DNA from: Thermodesulfobacteriota bacterium
GTDB lineage: Bacteria; Desulfobacterota_D; UBA1144; Nemesobacterales; Nemesobacteraceae
Direction: 5' to 3'
NCBI GenBank assembly: GCA_965220925.1
Contig: OZ244851.1
Location: 1,426,854-1,490,853 of the forward strand
DNA length: 64,000 nucleotides
Shown here: piece after piece, positions 49,896 to 58,115 of the stretch
Layout: every line of letters starts with the position of its first letter
How positions within the stretch are numbered: position 1 is the first letter of the stretch
Position numbers and translations under genes: made by a program
Notes under the pieces: model-generated
Database searches by the model: none
What the model was told of the DNA's origin: nothing
The model's input: the letters and a program-made list of their open reading frames with translations, nothing else

Positions 49896-50753
49896 TTGGT
49901 TCTCATACGAGCGAAGATGAAATTTGAAGGTACAAGCGATTATGTGGCGACTAGGGATCTTACCGTCGCGGTAAACGCCGCCGTAACTCTCGAGCGTCCC
50001 CTTCTTGTCAAGGGTGAACCCGGAACCGGAAAAACCATGCTGGCTTTTGAGGTTGCCAAAGCGTTTGGAAAGAAGCTTATAACCTGGCATATAAAATCCA
50101 CTACGACCGCTCAGCAGGGCCTTTACGAATACGACGCGGTGGCGAGACTTCGCGATTCCCAGCTGGGATACGAAAAAGTGAACGATATTTCAAACTATAT
50201 AAAAAAGGGAAAGCTTTGGGAGGCTTTCGAAAGCCACGAGCAGCCGGTACTTCTCATAGACGAGATAGACAAAGCGGATATAGAGTTTCCGAACGATCTT
50301 CTGCTTGAACTCGACAAAATGGAGTTTTATTGCTACGAACTCGGAAAAACCGTTAAGGCCGTTAAAAGAGCCATAGTTATAATTACCTCTAATAACGAAA
50401 AGGAACTTCCGGACGCTTTTCTCAGAAGATGCTTTTTTCACTACATAGCTTTTCCTGATCGAAAGACTTTGGAAAATATAGTGAAGGTGCATTATCCCGA
50501 CCTTGCCGGCAAGCTTCTAAACGACGCCCTCTCGATTTTTTATTCAATAAGAGAGATAGACGGACTTAAGAAAAAACCTTCGACAAGCGAACTTATAGAC
50601 TGGATAAAACTTCTCGCGGTCGACCAAACCGCGGCGCAACAGCTGCCTCAAACGGATCTTGACGAAAATCTTCCTCCTTACTCCGGAGCTCTTATTAAAA
50701 ACGAGGCGGATTACGAAATGTTCGACGTGATGAGGAGAAGATTCGCTAGATGA
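49896..50753 (+). CDS. MoxR/CoxD-like AAA+ ATPase (AAA_5)
   Basis: Walker A GEPGTGKTMLAFEVA, Walker B LLIDEIDKA. 285 aa. Confidence 0.75.
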   Translation: MVLIRAKMKFEGTSDYVATRDLTVAVNAAVTLERPLLVKGEPGTGKTMLAFEVAKAFGKKLITWHIKSTTTAQQGLYEYDAVARLRDSQLGYEKVNDISNYIKKGKLWEAFESHEQPVLLIDEIDKADIEFPNDLLLELDKMEFYCYELGKTVKAVKRAIVIITSNNEKELPDAFLRRCFFHYIAFPDRKTLENIVKVHYPDLAGKLLNDALSIFYSIREIDGLKKKPSTSELIDWIKLLAVDQTAAQQLPQTDLDENLPPYSGALIKNEADYEMFDVMRRRFAR

Positions 50754-50771
50754 GGGCTTAAGGCTTCGAAA

Positions 50772-51992
50772 ATGTTTCTTGATTTTTTCCTGCTGCTCAA
50801 AAACGACGGATTCCCCGTTACTCTCAAAGAATATCTTGATTTACTTGAAGCGCTTGACCGCGAAGTAGTCGCTTACGATACTACCGATTTTTACTACCTG
50901 AGCCGTTGCGTGATGGTAAAGGATGAGCGGAACATGGATAGGTTCGACGGGCTTTTCGCCTCCTATTTCGAGGGCGCGCAACTTATCGACTCCAAACGGT
51001 TCGCGCAAATTCCGCTTGAATGGTTGAGAAAAAATTTTGAAAAAATCCTTTCAGAAGAAGATAAAGAAGCGATTCGTCTCGCCGGCGGACTTGAAGAGCT
51101 TATGAAAAGATTCAACGAGATTCTAGAGAAACAAAAAAAACGCCATCAGGGTGGAAACAGATGGATAGGAACTGGAGGAACCTCCGCCTACGGAGCTTAC
51201 GGCTACAATCCCGCGGGAATCCGCATCGGACAAGATAGTAGCCGTCACAGACGCGCCGTAAAGGTGTGGGAAAAAAGACAGTTCCGCGATCTTGACGATT
51301 CGGTGGAGCTTAACGTGAGAAATATGAAAATGGCGCTTAGAAAACTCAGAGTTCTTACCAGAGAAGGGGTGGGGGAAGAGCTTGATCTTGAGAAAACGAT
51401 CGACAGTACTTCGAAAAATGCCGGGACGCTAGATCTGCGGTTCGTTCCCGTTAAGAAAAATAACGTGAAGGTTCTGATGTTTTTCGATGTAGGAGGCTCA
51501 ATGGATGAACATATTGAACTTTGTTCGAGACTTTTTTCCGCCGCAAGACATGAGTTTAAGCACCTTGAGTTCTATTATTTTCACAACTGCGTATATGAAA
51601 GAGTGTGGAAGAACAACGAAAGACGCTTGCGCGAGCAGATACCAACTTTCTCCGTATTGAACAAATACAACAGCGATTACAGGTGTATTATGGTTGGGGA
51701 CGCTTCCATGTCTCCGTGGGAACTTGTTTACCCCAACGGAAGCGTTGAACACAATAACGACGAGCCGGGACTTCGATGGCTTGAGAGGATAAAAGCTAAA
51801 TATCCTTTCACGATATGGCTTAATCCAGTGCCGAAAGATGAGTGGAAATGGACTGAAAGCGTAAGAATGCTAAAGGATTTCTACGAAGATAAAATGTTTC
51901 CGCTTACGCTTGCGGGAATAAAAGAGGCGGTTTCGGCTCTTCGGCGCCGCGGAACAGGCGGCCAGGCGTATGAGTTTCGCAAGAGTGGATAA
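50772..51992 (+). CDS. VWA domain protein (CoxE-like), partner of the MoxR ATPase
   Basis: C-terminal VWA/MIDAS-like region (MFFDVGGSM). Gene order MoxR then VWA. Confidence 0.65.
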   Translation: MFLDFFLLLKNDGFPVTLKEYLDLLEALDREVVAYDTTDFYYLSRCVMVKDERNMDRFDGLFASYFEGAQLIDSKRFAQIPLEWLRKNFEKILSEEDKEAIRLAGGLEELMKRFNEILEKQKKRHQGGNRWIGTGGTSAYGAYGYNPAGIRIGQDSSRHRRAVKVWEKRQFRDLDDSVELNVRNMKMALRKLRVLTREGVGEELDLEKTIDSTSKNAGTLDLRFVPVKKNNVKVLMFFDVGGSMDEHIELCSRLFSAARHEFKHLEFYYFHNCVYERVWKNNERRLREQIPTFSVLNKYNSDYRCIMVGDASMSPWELVYPNGSVEHNNDEPGLRWLERIKAKYPFTIWLNPVPKDEWKWTESVRMLKDFYEDKMFPLTLAGIKEAVSALRRRGTGGQAYEFRKSG

Positions 51993-52783
51993 TGAAGTTA
52001 TACGTGGTTCATGCCTTCACCGACGGACCGGGCTCGGGAAATCCGGCCGCAGTCTGTATTCTTGAAGAAGAGATATCGAGTCACACAAAACAGGCGATTG
52101 CTTCTGAGGTGGGTTTTTCCGAGACGGCTTTTCTTTTAAAGAAAGAAAATTCTTTCGAACTCAGGTGGTTTACCCCCAAACAAGAAGTCGAGCTTTGCGG
52201 ACACGCGACTCTCGCAAGCGCTCATATTCTTTGGGAACTTGGAATTGTCCGTGTCGATTCCGATGCGGTATTTTTCACCAAAAGCGGAACTATTACCGCG
52301 AGAAGAAAGGACGGCTTGGTCGAAATGGATTTTCCTTCCGAACGACCTTGGGAAACCGAAACTCCCGTGAATTTGCTTAAAGCCATATCCGCCAAGCCTC
52401 TTTACGTAGGTAGAAACCGTTTTGATTATATTGCTCTTTACGAAAGTGAGGAAATCGTAAAAAACACAGTCGTCAAGCTCCTCCATGTAAGTAACCTTGA
52501 TTCTAGGGGACTTATAATAACAAGCTTGTCGAATTCCAGTCGCTATGATTTCGTCTCCCGTTTTTTCGCCCCAAACGCCGGAATAGATGAAGATCCGGTT
52601 ACGGGTTCCGCTCACTGCTGCCTCTGTCCTTTTTGGAGCTTTAGGACGGGGAAAACGCAACTCGTGGGTTTTCAAGCTTCGAAAAGAGGCGGAATTGTTC
52701 GAACGAACCTTGTAGGGGAAAGAGTTCTTCTGTCGGGGGAGGCGATCACCGCGCGGATACTTGAAATCACTGCTTCTCGATAA
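51992..52783 (+). CDS. PhzF-family isomerase-like protein
   Basis: PhzF fold N-terminus MKLYVVHAFTDGPGSGNPAAV. 263 aa. ATGA overlap with the VWA gene. Confidence 0.75.
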   Translation: MKLYVVHAFTDGPGSGNPAAVCILEEEISSHTKQAIASEVGFSETAFLLKKENSFELRWFTPKQEVELCGHATLASAHILWELGIVRVDSDAVFFTKSGTITARRKDGLVEMDFPSERPWETETPVNLLKAISAKPLYVGRNRFDYIALYESEEIVKNTVVKLLHVSNLDSRGLIITSLSNSSRYDFVSRFFAPNAGIDEDPVTGSAHCCLCPFWSFRTGKTQLVGFQASKRGGIVRTNLVGERVLLSGEAITARILEITASR

Positions 52784-52915
52784 CGTAAGAGAGGTGTTTC
52801 TGGATGGTTTCCGCTTTGCCGGCACTACCCGCGGTCTTGGTTTAAGATATGGCGACTGTTTGAAATTCGCAAAATTACTTTTTCTTGGTAAAATTCAAAA
52901 CCTTGAGTTTTACGG

Positions 52916-52990
52916 GGCGGCGTAGCCAAGTGGTAAGGCAACGGTCTGCAAAACCGTCATACCCCGGTTCGAATCCGGGCGCCGCCTCCA
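52916..52990 (+). tRNA. tRNA-Cys (anticodon GCA), CCA encoded
   Basis: Acceptor GGCGGCG/CGCCGCC, anticodon loop TCTGCAAAA region, T-arm GGTTCGAATCC, 3' TCCA. Confidence 0.85.
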
Positions 52991-53017
52991 GTTCTGAACC
53001 TCGTTCAGAATAATAAT

Positions 53018-53102
53018 GCCCGGGTGGCGGAATTGGTAGACGCAAGGGACTTAAAATCCCTCGGGAGTATCTCCCGTGCCGGTTCGAGTCCGGCCCTGGG
53101 CA
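53018..53102 (+). tRNA. tRNA-Leu (anticodon UAA), long variable arm
   Basis: Acceptor GCCCGGG/CCTGGGC, anticodon region GACTTAAAATC, extra arm, T-arm GGTTCGAGTCC. Confidence 0.85.
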
Positions 53103-53203
53103 CTTTTTTAAACCTCCGCGGTTCTGTAACGTAACATACGGCAATTGCTTATTCGATTATCCGAGATTACGTCGCGAAACCAAACCGTCAAAGTTGGTGA
53201 TAT

Positions 53204-55387
53204 TTAACTATCCCGTTTGAAACCAGGTCGTGTAAAGTCTTTTCTGCTTGAATATCTTCTAACCAGTATTGCCGAAAGAGAAGCGAAAACAATTAGAACC
53301 CAATTTAATAAACCGTTTTTAAAAATATTCTCCGCACTTGAGTTTGTTGTTGCGATCGCGCAACCGCCGCCACCGCCGGAACTGCTAGGTGCTGAGTCTT
53401 TTACTGTTACGTTTACCACCGCGGTGTTTATCACAAAATCTTGTCCTCCGCCGGTAATTCCGATGGACAATATCGCCGTTTCATCCTCCTCGTCCTCGTC
53501 TTGCGCCGCACTTACCGTTACCGTTTGCGCGTCGCCGTAATTGGATGTCGTGAACACAAGATTCGAAGGATTGACCGTCACGTCGCTATTGTTCTCATCC
53601 ACGCTCACGTTAACCGTTACATTCTCAGAAGGTTGAGCGTTAAGCTTCACGGTAAACGTTTCCCGACCCCCCTCGTTCACGTTCACCGTAGTCGGAGAAA
53701 CGATTAATCCTTTCTCGTCGTCGTCTTTTATGTTCACCACAAGATCTTGTCCTCCGCCGGTAATTCTGATGGACAATATCGCCGTTTCGTCCTCCGCGTC
53801 CTCGTCTTGCGCCGCGCTTACCGTTACCGTTTGCGCGTCGCCGTAATCGGAAGTTGTGAACACAAGATTCGAAGGATTGACCGTCACGTCGCTATTGTTC
53901 TCATCCACGCTCACGTTAACCGTTACATTCTCAGAAGGTTGAGCGTTAAGCTTCACGGTAAACGTTTCCCGACCCCCCTCGTTCACGTTCACCGTAGTCG
54001 GAGAAACGATTAATCCCTCCTCATTGGTGCCCAAAATGTCTTGCGGATCGTACCCGTTATAAAACCTGTCGGAACTTACCGCTTCACCGAGTTCGATCCG
54101 ATAAGGTTGAGATCCGTCCGTCTCATAGTCATTTACACCACGTATATTAACGGCTTGGGCGCTACTCCAGTTTTGAGTGGTAAACAGAAGACTATTTGTG
54201 CTTATCGTCGCTTCGCTCGGATCACTTACTCGAAGCGGGATTCTCACGTTACTTGCCGGTTCCGAGTCTAGGCTAACCGTAAATGTAGCTTCTCCTCCCA
54301 ATTCGGTAGTCACAATTCTTGAAGGAGTTACGGTAATTCCCGTAGGGGCGCAATCCGGTGGGAATCCGTCATATTGGACGTTCCATCCGATATCTTTAAG
54401 CATTCCCATGGACAGATCAAGATCTCTTGGTAGCGGATAAAAAGGTTCCATGATGTCCCGCGCGCCAATACTAACATGCGAAATAGAGCTTCCATTACTG
54501 AACGACGTTGGAGAATAGAGTTGCGGCTTGCCGTCTGAAACCGCTCCGTCCGGTTTCAGTTCAGTCATTCGACTGGCGTAACTGCAGGCAGTGTTTCCCT
54601 GAGGCCGCCCCGTGCCGTCCCACAAAAGGTCGGTATTTGAAGTGGCGGATTGACTTCGCTCTCCCTGCGTAAGATTAATGATGAAATCTCCTTCTCTTTC
54701 CGAATACATCTGCAAATCGTAAATTGTTGTCGCTTGCGCCTGTCTATTCGGAGGTTTGTGGAAAGAGCCGTCGCTTTCTAAAAAGGAGAAAAATCCCAAA
54801 CCATGGATAATTTCATGTATGGCGACAGTGGCAAAATCTATAGTGTCCAAAGACGATGACCCTTCTTCGTGCAAACCATAATCAAACGCGTTATACTCGC
54901 CGAAGAACACCTCTATGTGAGCTTCTGTAGAATCTATGAGTTGTGTCGATCTAATGTTCTCGGCCAAAGCTGTGGCATATCCTATGTTCGGCGCGGACGA
55001 AAAATACGTTATGTATTTGGGACCCGCCGAAGCCAATACGTTTTGACCTAAAGAGCTAAACGAAACCTCGACCCTGATAGCGTTTGAGGAAGTTAACTTG
55101 TTTTCAAGCAGGCCGATTGCATACTCAAGAGCGTTTTTCCTCGCCTGTCCGAGAGTTTGAGCGTTGTTGCCGGTTTCTTCGAGTAAGCTTCTCTGTTCTT
55201 CGGTGAGTGGTTCATTATCCTTAAACCCAACTCCGGAGGCGTCCGTATACAAAATCTCAATGGTGACTGCGGAACAAAAAGAAGGCATAGAGAAAAAAAC
55301 TAGAAGAAGGAAAAAATTTCTTAGAAAAGAATTATTTGTTCGACTTGGGTTAGTGACAAGTGATATGAGGTTTCCCATTTTCGTCAA
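53204..55387 (-). CDS. Secreted zinc metalloprotease (leishmanolysin/M8-like HExxHxLGF) with three Calx-beta-like repeat domains and a C-terminal Gly-run + TM + basic tail
   Basis: HEIIHGLGF zinc motif. Two near-identical 102-aa repeats plus one divergent copy. C-terminus ...SSSGGGGGCAIATT...LLNWVLIVFASLSAILVRRYSSRK. Confidence 0.6.
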   Translation of the reverse strand: MTKMGNLISLVTNPSRTNNSFLRNFFLLLVFFSMPSFCSAVTIEILYTDASGVGFKDNEPLTEEQRSLLEETGNNAQTLGQARKNALEYAIGLLENKLTSSNAIRVEVSFSSLGQNVLASAGPKYITYFSSAPNIGYATALAENIRSTQLIDSTEAHIEVFFGEYNAFDYGLHEEGSSSLDTIDFATVAIHEIIHGLGFFSFLESDGSFHKPPNRQAQATTIYDLQMYSEREGDFIINLTQGERSQSATSNTDLLWDGTGRPQGNTACSYASRMTELKPDGAVSDGKPQLYSPTSFSNGSSISHVSIGARDIMEPFYPLPRDLDLSMGMLKDIGWNVQYDGFPPDCAPTGITVTPSRIVTTELGGEATFTVSLDSEPASNVRIPLRVSDPSEATISTNSLLFTTQNWSSAQAVNIRGVNDYETDGSQPYRIELGEAVSSDRFYNGYDPQDILGTNEEGLIVSPTTVNVNEGGRETFTVKLNAQPSENVTVNVSVDENNSDVTVNPSNLVFTTSDYGDAQTVTVSAAQDEDAEDETAILSIRITGGGQDLVVNIKDDDEKGLIVSPTTVNVNEGGRETFTVKLNAQPSENVTVNVSVDENNSDVTVNPSNLVFTTSNYGDAQTVTVSAAQDEDEEDETAILSIGITGGGQDFVINTAVVNVTVKDSAPSSSGGGGGCAIATTNSSAENIFKNGLLNWVLIVFASLSAILVRRYSSRKDFTRPGFKRDS
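53441..54013. repeat. Near-identical tandem direct repeat, 2 x ~306 bp, inside the metalloprotease gene
   Basis: ORF-track frames 53441..53707 and 53747..54013 give almost identical translations (306-bp register). Confidence 0.85.
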
Positions 55388-55763
55388 ATTCTACTTTAGT
55401 ATGACTTCTGGCGGATTCAGGAGCTTCTACCGTAAATGCGTAAGTTCCATCCGGGAGCAGGACTTTAGAAACTTCCGATATTCTCTCACTGTCGTCTTTA
55501 GCGGTTAGTTTGGGAGTATGCGGTTTTTGTAAAACTTCTTGCTCCTCAATTCCAAGACTTTTCCATTGCTTATAGGTGAGAAACTTACCGGTTTCCGGAT
55601 CAATAAAAACTTTAAGTTGTCCCGCTTTCTCAGACGACTTCTCAGAAACGGCTTTATCCGAACAAGTCCTCTTGGGATCGTCAACAACCGGCTCCAGAGA
55701 AAAAGCGTCCGAACACAAAGCGAAAGTCATATAGATAAAAATAAGAGGAATCAACTTCATCAT
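55350..55763 (-). CDS. Small secreted hypothetical protein (signal peptide), immediately upstream of the metalloprotease gene
   Basis: N-terminal signal peptide MMKLIPLIFIYMTFALCSDA. 137 aa. Its end overlaps the protease gene start. Confidence 0.5.
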   Translation of the reverse strand: MMKLIPLIFIYMTFALCSDAFSLEPVVDDPKRTCSDKAVSEKSSEKAGQLKVFIDPETGKFLTYKQWKSLGIEEQEVLQKPHTPKLTAKDDSERISEVSKVLLPDGTYAFTVEAPESARSHTKVEFDENGKPHITCH

Positions 55764-55953
55764 AGTAACGCTATAGTGAATTTCTGATAAAAATTAAGGA
55801 AATAATAACCTTACGTTTAACCATTGTGACACAAAACAGGTCTTTTTTCAATCTTCCAAGGACCCGGTGTGGATAAACGTTTCCAAGGTATGGTCTCTTT
55901 GTCCGTGGCGCGGTCTGTTTCCAGTATGTGCCGGTGTCTTACTACTTTAGGTA

Positions 55954-55967
55954 AAGCGGTACCGCTT
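55954..55967. promoter_or_regulatory. Perfect 14-bp palindrome AAGCGGTACCGCTT next to the A7/G12 tract
   Basis: Intergenic, upstream (minus-strand sense) of the secreted-protein/metalloprotease gene pair. Confidence 0.3.
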
Positions 55968-55982
55968 ACCTAAAAAAAGGGA

Positions 55983-55994
55983 GGGGGGGGGGGG
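55983..55994. repeat. Homopolymeric G12 tract preceded by an A7 tract, intergenic
   Basis: Sequence read taaaaaaagggagggggggggggggt. Confidence 0.9.
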
Positions 55995-56032
55995 TATTAT
56001 CGTGGGGAATGCAGTCTCTTTTGAAGCGTTGA

Positions 56033-56055
56033 CTTGCCCTGGGGCAAGGTTTTTT
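56033..56055 (+). terminator. Orphan intrinsic terminator (plus strand)
   Basis: CTTGCC-ctgg-GGCAAG followed by GTTTTTT. No plus-strand CDS lies upstream. Confidence 0.5.
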
Positions 56056-56202
56056 CCAAGAGCTTTTTCTACCTCTTTTGCGATAAATGCGGGTTGGAGA
56101 TTATTGGAGACGGCACCTGTCGGTACGGTCGGAAAAGGAGACATATAAGAATTTTCCAGCCGGTTCGGGTAAGCAACTTTAGTCGGCCGACAGCGGGATT
56201 TT

Positions 56203-56403
56203 TCAGTGAAGTATTCTTTTTTTGCTCTCGTTTCTCGGAGTTTCTTCTGAATCTTCGTTGTAATACATATAGTTTACTTCTTCAAAAAGTTCGTCGAACT
56301 CATCATTGAATTCATCTTCAAACTCCTCATAATCGTCAAACATATCGTATATGCCTAACGGATAGTTAGAGTTTTCATCTTCGTCTTTGATAAATTTGAG
56401 CAT
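56203..56403 (-). CDS. Small, extremely acidic hypothetical protein (66 aa)
   Basis: ORF rich in D/E/F/Y (…YDMFDDYEEFEDEFNDEFDELFEEVNYMYYNEDSEE…). Downstream of the HAD gene on the same strand. Confidence 0.3.
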   Translation of the reverse strand: MLKFIKDEDENSNYPLGIYDMFDDYEEFEDEFNDEFDELFEEVNYMYYNEDSEETPRNESKKRILH

Positions 56404-56522
56404 TTAAGTCTCCACGGAAAAATTTTTATCGAAACACTACACCCAGACCGGCAAAAGTCAACAGTTTGGGGTTAAGCTTTAATTAACTGAGTTTGAAGTT
56501 TTTCTTAGCGAGCCATATCTCC

Positions 56523-57320
56523 TTATTTTTTCAAGAGCGCAGACAGATCAGGTAGAATGAAATCAGGTTTTATTTCTGCGTTTTTAAGATCGTTTTTCTC
56601 GGTAACTCCCGTCATTACTAAAGCGGTGCTGTAGCCCGCTTTTTTGCCCCCGGCAATATCCATGCCCAAGCTGTCTCCGATTATAATGGTTCTGTTTTTT
56701 GCTCCCGTTTCGCTTTTTTCCAGAAGATCAAACATATATTTCTCAGGTTTTCCGGCCGTTACGGCTCTTTTCCCCGATGCCGCTTCAATCGATGCCAGTA
56801 AAGCTCCCGTGGCGGGAGCTCTGCCGTATTCGCAAAGATAGAAGCTATCTGCGTTTGTTCCGATAAACCCCGCTCCGTTTCCTACCGCTATGGAAGCGTG
56901 TTTTATTTCCTCCAGATTGAATCGACCGTGACTTCCCAATACTACCAAGTCGGCTTTCAGCGAATCCCGCTTGCGAAGCTCCGCAAGTCCGGTTTTCCTT
57001 ACTTCGCTTCTCAGGTAATCGCTTCCGGCGACGAAAACGGTTTTCCATTTCTCGTAAGGAAGTTTTTCGCGTATAAGAGAAACGGTTGCCATGGGCGAGG
57101 TTATGTACTCGTTTTCGTTAGACTCGATTCCGAGTGCACTAAGTCTTTCAACGTACTCCGAAGGCGACCTTGAAGGATTATTGGTTAGAAAGCGTATTAT
57201 TTTTTTATTCTTTCTTAATGATTGGAGTATCTTTGGGGAATTTCCAAGCGTTTTGTTGCCGGAGTATATAACTCCGTCTAGATCAAAGACGAAACAGTCG
57301 AATGAATTTTGAAAATCCAT
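56523..57320 (-). CDS. HAD-superfamily hydrolase, subfamily IIA (NagD-like)
   Basis: Motif I FDLDGVIY and a later GD...D motif. 265 aa. Confidence 0.75.
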   Translation of the reverse strand: MDFQNSFDCFVFDLDGVIYSGNKTLGNSPKILQSLRKNKKIIRFLTNNPSRSPSEYVERLSALGIESNENEYITSPMATVSLIREKLPYEKWKTVFVAGSDYLRSEVRKTGLAELRKRDSLKADLVVLGSHGRFNLEEIKHASIAVGNGAGFIGTNADSFYLCEYGRAPATGALLASIEAASGKRAVTAGKPEKYMFDLLEKSETGAKNRTIIIGDSLGMDIAGGKKAGYSTALVMTGVTEKNDLKNAEIKPDFILPDLSALLKK

Positions 57321-57354
57321 TAAGGAAACGGAGAAATTTATCGGGTTTCTGAAA

Positions 57355-57678
57355 TTATCCCCAGATACTTTTCATAAGCTCTTGCTGAAGGTTTGAGTCG
57401 TATTTGGACTTCATTATTTTGATTACTTTGCTTTGCCTGTCTTCAAAAAACTCAACGCCCATGAACGAAAGTACGTCGAATGCGGCTCTTTTATATCCCT
57501 CGTAAAATTCCTCTATTTCTCCCGAAGCCCTGACTGTTTTAGAGTCCAGGTAAAGAGCTATTGCGGCGAGTTCATCTTTCACTTCAGGATCTATTTCAAT
57601 CGTAAACCCCTCAAGTTCGCCGCGAAGCAGATGATTTGTGTACATCTCGATTACCGAGTCAAGCGAATTTGCGTCCAT
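57355..57678 (-). CDS. Hypothetical protein within the rpoN-hprK module
   Basis: 107-aa ORF co-directional and closely spaced with EIIA and HAD genes. Does not look like HPr/NPr. Confidence 0.35.
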   Translation of the reverse strand: MDANSLDSVIEMYTNHLLRGELEGFTIEIDPEVKDELAAIALYLDSKTVRASGEIEEFYEGYKRAAFDVLSFMGVEFFEDRQSKVIKIMKSKYDSNLQQELMKSIWG

Positions 57679-57697
57679 TTTAGCACCTTTTCATATC

Positions 57698-58108
57698 TTA
57701 CCCGTTTTTGTTAAGAAGTTTGCTTGCCACTATTATGTTTTCTCTTCCCGCTTTGGCCGCAAGTTCCGCGGCTTCGCCGAGAGATGTTTTCTCCTCTACC
57801 GTACCGAGTTTTAGAAGCATTGGGAGGTTTACGCCGGAAACCACCTCTATTTTTTCCGTTTCAAGAAACATCAAGCTTATGTTGGACGGAGTTCCTCCAA
57901 ACATGTCCGTTACAAGCAATATTCCATCTCCCTCGGAAACGGAATCGATCGAAGCCTTGACGGTTCCTTCAAAATCTTTGGAATTTTTAGAGGCGTCAAT
58001 AGAGACCGCCACCATCTTAACTCTGGGTTTTTCCGGGAGGATGAAATTCACGGCCGATACGAGTTCCTCGGCAATGCGTCCATGAGTGACCACTACTATG
58101 GAGAACAT
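57698..58108 (-). CDS. PTS EIIA component, mannose/fructose family
   Basis: N-terminus IVVVTHGRIAEEL (phosphorylatable His in a THG context). 136 aa. Confidence 0.7.
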   Translation of the reverse strand: MFSIVVVTHGRIAEELVSAVNFILPEKPRVKMVAVSIDASKNSKDFEGTVKASIDSVSEGDGILLVTDMFGGTPSNISLMFLETEKIEVVSGVNLPMLLKLGTVEEKTSLGEAAELAAKAGRENIIVASKLLNKNG

Positions 58109-58115
58109 AGCATTT

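Noticed and set aside
52784-53203. Integrated mobile element at the tRNA-Cys/tRNA-Leu pair
   Set aside because: No integrase, recombinase or transposase, and no tRNA 3'-end direct repeat, is visible flanking the downstream protease locus. Only the accessory-looking gene content hints at it.
53441-54013. Two plus-strand 88-aa ORFs with near-identical translations (53441..53707, 53747..54013)
   Set aside because: They lie antisense inside the metalloprotease gene. Their similarity just reflects the 306-bp tandem repeat of the coding strand. They are not independent genes.
56034-56309. 91-aa plus-strand ORF overlapping the acidic small protein gene
   Set aside because: It starts inside the terminator hairpin and runs antisense to the acidic ORF. 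It has no RBS and is probably spurious, although neither of the two overlapping ORFs is strongly supported.
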